Source: Paraspadella gotoi
Lineage: Eukaryota; Animalia; Chaetognatha
Length of the DNA: 64,000 nt
NCBI GenBank assembly: GCA_051294375.1
Contig: CM119266.1
Span: forward strand, 26,168,851-26,232,850
Reading direction: 5' to 3'
The position numbers and the translations under genes are program-made. The notes under the pieces are model-generated. The model was given only the letters and a program-made list of their open reading frames with translations. It did not search any database and was not told the origin of the DNA. Positions 56,401-64,000 of the stretch are shown here, in pieces (the first letter of the stretch is position 1; each line of letters starts with the position of its first letter).

Positions 56401-59400
56401 CACCATTCAATGTCCGGTTCCAGCTTCCGCGATCTCGGCGGTGGTTGTGACCATAGAATAGGCGCAGGCCCCGACGCGTCTGCAGAGCCAGCGATTGTTG
56501 GCATCGACGCAACTCCGGCGTCAGAGAGCACGTCACCGCCGCCCTCGCTCCAAGTGAGCTCGGCGCAGCGCCGCGACGCGTCGCCCAACGTCAGGGAGAC
56601 CGCGACTATTCGGAGGACACTTCCCACGTCAGTCGCCTTGGGTAAGAACCGGAAGCGATAGGCGTGAACGAGACCGGGTTCGCATAAGAGGGCGTCTCCG
56701 TCGTCGAGGTGACAGAAGGCGTCATAGTAAGAGTCGCTAAAGAGAAGGCGAAGGCGAGAGAAGCGGATAGGCGCGGGAGATGAGACGATGACGGCGACTT
56801 CGATGACCACCAGTGAGGCGGCGTCGAAGGCGGGCGAGGTAAAGCGGGCCTTGACGCGTACGAAGGAGGCGAGAGAACTCATGTCGACGGTGAAGGAGGC
56901 GGGGGAGAAGGGGGAGTCTTCGTCACCATCGGATAAGCGCCACTTCGTCGCTACATCTTCAGGAGACGAATCCCCAGATGAAAAAAGATCCGCGTCCTCC
57001 GGACATCCTTGGCGAAAAGGAATAAAAAGATATTGTGGCAGCAAGACTTAAAGCTGCCTCACTGCTGTCCGTCCTCAGCCTCGTCTCAATGGCTGAGCAG
57101 GCTAAATCATCTCATTCCATCCGTGCGTCCTGGGTTCAATCCCTGGGTATCCCGGTTCTGGCTTAAATGTGACGGTGCCGGTATAAACATGCCAGTGACA
57201 GGAGGCGGTCACTGAGGGTCCGCAGCCCCTACGCCAGTTGGTGAGATACCCCGCGCCCCGGGTATCACAGGCTATCCTCCCGTTGCCATAATATATGAAT
57301 TTTAAAATACACAATTTAATCTTCCAAATCCCAAAATCTTTAGCTCACCATTTCCAGGGGTCAAAAACAAAACCCGCATTAGGTTGGATTGAATCTTGGA
57401 CTTTTCCTCGAGGGAGACAAGTTGCTCCGGAAAGTGATCCGACATGAGCTCCATGGAGGCAGCGACGAAGGCAGCGACGTTCCCGACCAAGAAGGCGCTT
57501 CTCAGACTGACTCCCAAAACAGCGTGAAGCAAAGGCAACCACCGTTCAGCGCGATACTCCCACATTACATGCGAAACGAGTTCGAGAGCCTTCGCGTGCT
57601 CGCGAGCTTGATAGTACTCCTCGCCCATCAATACGATAAGGTATCTTTTCATGCGCGTCGATTTGTATCTGAGGAAATTGGGGGGAAAAATGAAAGGTAC
57701 AAAGGAATCTAATATATCGTTTCTGATTCAAATTGAAGTCTGTTGTTTCAGAGATAAGAAAACAAGCGAAAAAACCTACCGCTTAAACTGCGACACGGCG
57801 CTGCTCAGCAATGGAATGATAATCGTACAATGCTGCACTTCCAACTCGCGTCGCTGCAGCGCGAGAATTCCCTCCCTCTCTCTGGCAGGCTCCGGCGGAT
57901 CAATACTTTGGTGGCCCTGGCGCCATGGCCGCTGACCAAAATAGTCTAGCTTATCGAGCGCCTCTAACGGGTCAGAGGTAGATGTCGCTTCGGCGACTGC
58001 GGCGGAACTGCAAAGGGACCGACATTGCTTTCGGCGCTGAATGCTATGGTTGGCCGCCTGTTGAAAGTAAAATCCGGGGTGTTGAGTTATAAGAGCGGTG
58101 AGGCCAACTCCGATGGCCTCGGAGAAGAGATCGCCGAAGACAGAAAACTGCTTGGCCATCCAGGCCGAGTGCTCGAAGGCCAAGTCGCGGATGCCAACTT
58201 TATTCTTAAAGAGGTCCACGTGCTGCCGGAATTGGCCGATGGCGTCGCGAGGGGTCGATTGTTGGAACGCGATGCGACAGATTTTGTAGCTAACGAAGCC
58301 AGCGACCACTTTTATTTCCAGCATGTGGCTGTCATACATGCGAAGCTCCTTGATGTGTTCGTAAGCCTATAATAAAAACAAAAAAGACCAGTGGCTGCGC
58401 CAATACATGTAAATCACTTTCAAGGGCTTAAACTGAACTGTTACTGCGGCGCTATTAACATTTTGCTACTTGCAAAAATATTTTATAAATCAAAATAATA
58501 ATATTTTTGTTTCGATTAATTATATTTGATTAAAATGCTTTGATCAATACATAGAATAAGAAATAGAATAAAATAAAATAGAATAAAAAAAAATATTTGT
58601 TAAAAAATATTTTAAAAAATCGTTTAAAAGATTTAAAACTTCAAAAAAAAATTGCTATTTTGTTAAAGAGCAGGTGCAAATGAAGATCAAGTGGGTGCAG
58701 ATAAGATTTATTTTGAATGTCTCTTTGTCTAACAAAAAGTTTTTTTCTTTATAGAGCATTTTAATAGAATAAAGTAGAAACAAACAAAAAATTTAATGGG
58801 ACTTCTTATATTTCAAAAAAAAAGATTTTTATATTAATTTTATTTTTAAAAATGTTTCTTTTGTATGTACTACCCTTTTGGTTTATTAAGATTTGCTATT
58901 TTGTATAAAGCAATGTAAGTAAAGATCTCTGGGTGCAGACAGAAGAGCAAATTTTCTATAGAAAATAAAAGGAAAATGCTCATAGTAGGGAAAGTAAAAA
59001 ACAAAACCTAGTAGCAAAGAAAAATTATATAGAAAAAAAATTTTAAAAATTTTAAAAAATTTAAAAAATTGTACAATTCAGGGGTTGGAGAATCCCGTTA
59101 ACATAGTAATATTTGATAAATTGTTACAATGAGATATGCTGTGCTAAAATCAAAACAATTTTTACTAATATAAAAGGCATTTTTAAAATTTCTTTTATTT
59201 AATAATAAAGACGAAAGGAATGGTAAAATTTTTAGATCAAAGTTCAACTTAAATATATAAGTAATAAGGCGTAGTGAAAGTTGCCGATCAAAATTCGAAT
59301 AGTTAATTATGAAAAGTCTTGTACTAAAGAATATTGATATATGAAAAAAATTGTTTTTCAATTTTTCTATTTTCGCATTAGTCCATATTTATACATACTA

Positions 59401-60921
59401 CTCAACATAGAAAGGATTTTTATATTTTTATATTTTTTATGGCGAGTACCATGTATAAATATGGCCTATGCAAAAATTGACAAAGAAAAATTACTTTTTG
59501 TGATTCAAAAATGTTCACAGGTACAAGCATGTTCATGATCTACTATTCGAATTTCGATTCTCCTTGATTTTAATATTTTTGCTACGCTTTACTAAGTAAC
59601 AGTGGAATCGGATATTTTTAAATTTATATTTTGAACTACGTATGTATTTTTCGATCTTTTAAGAAAACATATATTTTAATTCATAAATAAAACAGAATTA
59701 ATATTGAAATCCAAAATGAAGATAGACATTTAGATTTAAAACTACAATATATATTATGTAAATGAGATTGAGAATTTCAATTTAATTTAAGATCATATTA
59801 AATAATCATTAATCATCTCTAACAATAATTTACTTTTGAAGAGACGGTAATTATTGTTATGTGTTAGTGACAGAACCGTTCAAGCAGTCCCTGATCTTCG
59901 GATCAAGCTGAAACACCGTGTTTTAGGCGGGTTAAGGGCCCCGTCCCTCTCAACTGCTAGGCGACCACCGGGCTAGAACCCCAGACCTTTGGGTTGGGAG
60001 GCGAATGACTTGCATCCGGCACCAAAAGCCGCTGGTGAACAGTTGGTGGATTTTAGTCCACCATACTTTTCTAGTTTACCCCCCGAACGACCTGCTTGTA
60101 ATGCCGCAAAGCTGACGTGGGATCTTGTTTTAGTTCGTTGAAAAACGCTGCTTTGAATTGATGCCTGACGAAAAGGAGCTGATGAGTCGTCTTGTTGAGC
60201 AACTCTCGGTAAGACTTAACGCGCCGCGCCTCCGAATAGTAATAGTTTTGGGCCATGTCATAAAAAGCGTTTTCGAGACGCATGACGTAGCCTGGTAGGT
60301 GCTCGGTGTAGGGCAAGACGAAAAGCGACTTGGCGGGAATGTTGCCGCAGCGGCCGCACAGGGTGTGCGCCTTTTGCTGCTGGTCCAAGTCTTGGTCCCC
60401 TGGCAATCCTGCGTTCTTCTGCACAAGCACCAGTCCTATCTTGGTGGAACGGCCCTGGAGCGAGGAGCGAACCTGGTCCACTTTCGACGCCAAGTCGCCG
60501 CACCGCTCCGTCCATTGGGGATCGTCCCAGTCTAAGTCGTAAAAGACGACAGTCACGGCGGGAATCTCGGTAAGATGCTGCGGAGATAATTACGCATAGA
60601 GTTTTAACGAAAAGCGAGATTAAAAACTAATGGTTCTAGTCAGAGCGGCGGGAAACTCACTTTTCGCATCCAGTTGGTCTTCACGATGCCCTTGGGCACG
60701 TACCAGTCGTATGAGGTCCGTTTAGCGCGTGCCTTCGGGTATGGATGGGAAAACTCCACGCATTGAAAGGCTATGGGGACCCGTTGTGGCTGGCGTCCCA
60801 CGGCGAAACTCTCCCAGATCGTCTTGTGGACGGGAGAGTTCGTCACGTCCAGACCTGCCAGTGTCACCAGACCGAGTGGCTTGCACGTCAGTTCCGCCGG
60901 CAGTTCCGTGCACCACGACAT
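53445..60921 (-). CDS. TRAPPC11: Trafficking protein particle complex subunit 11 (foie gras/gryzun)
   Basis: [18 protein letters not shown]; [16 protein letters not shown]; [15 protein letters not shown]; [12 protein letters not shown]; [10 protein letters not shown]; YRAERW; C-terminal [25 protein letters not shown]. Confidence 0.95.
54360..55613 (-). mobile_element. hAT-type element family B (inverse copy) with nested family C
   Basis: Runs tagggtggag...ctccactcta; TSD gtatttat at 54352-54359 and 55614-55621. Confidence 0.88.
54419..55031. mobile_element. hAT-type MITE family C
   Basis: TIRs taaggcgtagtaaaa / tttcactacgcctta; perfect TSD ctatggac at 54411-54418 and 55032-55039; homologous to ~39746-40358. 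Confidence 0.9.
57085..57295 (+). mobile_element. tRNA-derived SINE-like element
   Basis: TGGCTGAGCAGG (A-box-like) followed by GGTTCAATCCC (B-box), GC-rich body and AT-rich tail, in a TRAPPC11 intron. Confidence 0.5.
59265..59591. mobile_element. hAT-type MITE with family-C-like TIRs
   Basis: taaggcgtagtgaaag ... gctacgcttta; TSD ataagtaa/ctaagtaa (7 of 8 match). Confidence 0.7.
59850..60045 (-). mobile_element. tRNA-derived SINE-like element
   Basis: Minus strand reads ..ttcgcctcccaacccaaaggtctgGGGTTCTAGCCCgg (anticodon/T-arm-like), then a GC-rich body and an A-rich tail. Confidence 0.45.
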
Positions 60922-61744
60922 TGTTTTTTTCGGAGACGAATAAAGTTAATCCAGTAAATGTGCGGAATCAAATGATATTCACTTTTTGAGCAAACTGGTT
61001 AAATCGGGTAACCAAGACGAAAAAGACCGGGTCCAGTTCGCAGCGAACGGAGTGGAAGAGTTCAGGACGAAGTACATGTCAGCGTTGCCGATTAAGTGAA
61101 CTTCTGTTTTAGATCTGAGAATATATTCAGGGTTTGTTCATTATTCTCAAAAAAAACAAAAAAAAAACAGCCTTTATCTACTTGGTTAAACGATAAAATA
61201 AAATAATCTTGACATTGGTCGCCAATGAAAAATTTTGTTTTAATTCAGTTTCATCATTACAAAAAACTTATAAATATAACAAGTTTTGTACAATTTTCCC
61301 CCCCTCATCTTTCGATCGAACGTTAAAGTTTCGATAACTAAGTCTAAGACGAGAAAATAAATCGAAATGCAATTTTAACCGGCAAAAAAATCAACTGTCT
61401 ATAAACTATACATAACTTTTCGATTAAAATTGTAAAAAATTAGTGATTAATCAGTTTTTGGATGAAGGGGATTAACACCAAATAAAAAAGTTCAAGAGGC
61501 AATCCGCCTCGTGGTCATTAAATACGTTTTCACTTTTCAACGCATAAAGAACAAAAAACTCGCTATGAAAAGGATCATCACGCGCGCGATTTTTCACTGC
61601 GAATGAGACATCCTTTGAGTTTGTTTAGCACAATAACAATAAAGACAACATAAAAACCGTCAGCATTGAGTTTTTCTCAATCCCCCTGCCAGAATATAAA
61701 AAGAAACAACGAAAAAGAGAGTAGGGAGAGAGAGAAAGATGTGC

Positions 61745-64000
<2,256 letters not shown>

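Overview
Compact, intron-rich animal (metazoan invertebrate) genomic DNA, with no sign of prokaryotic sequence. I assembled the spliced genes by hand from GT/GC-AG junctions. Plus strand: the 3' part of an astacin metalloprotease with LDLa/EGF/ShK/PLAC-like modules (1-3570) and an intronless IER/SERTA-like ORF (15280-16119). Minus strand, 11 genes: GCDH (3879-9769), a CIPC-like clock repressor nested on the same strand in a GCDH intron (5385-6182), threonyl-tRNA synthetase (10517-27456, hosting the IER/SERTA-like gene antisense in a 7.5-kb intron), eIF4G (28978-35338, with a 5.1-kb CpG-poor exon), an unknown two-exon gene (36680-37968), a CD225/dispanin gene ending 47 nt upstream of it, HID1 (apparent 1-nt frameshift), an LDLa/TM/PPxY receptor, TUBGCP2, TRAPPC11 and ALKBH5. 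Introns carry hAT-type MITEs (8-bp nTnnnnAn TSDs), TA-flanked MITEs and tRNA-derived SINE-like elements. The most notable signals are the ~60-kb co-oriented, tightly spaced gene run with apparently unpaired splice acceptors before several ATGs (possible operons with SL trans-splicing), the nested regulatory genes, and a probable bicistronic pair. All family assignments come from recalled motifs; no database searches were run.
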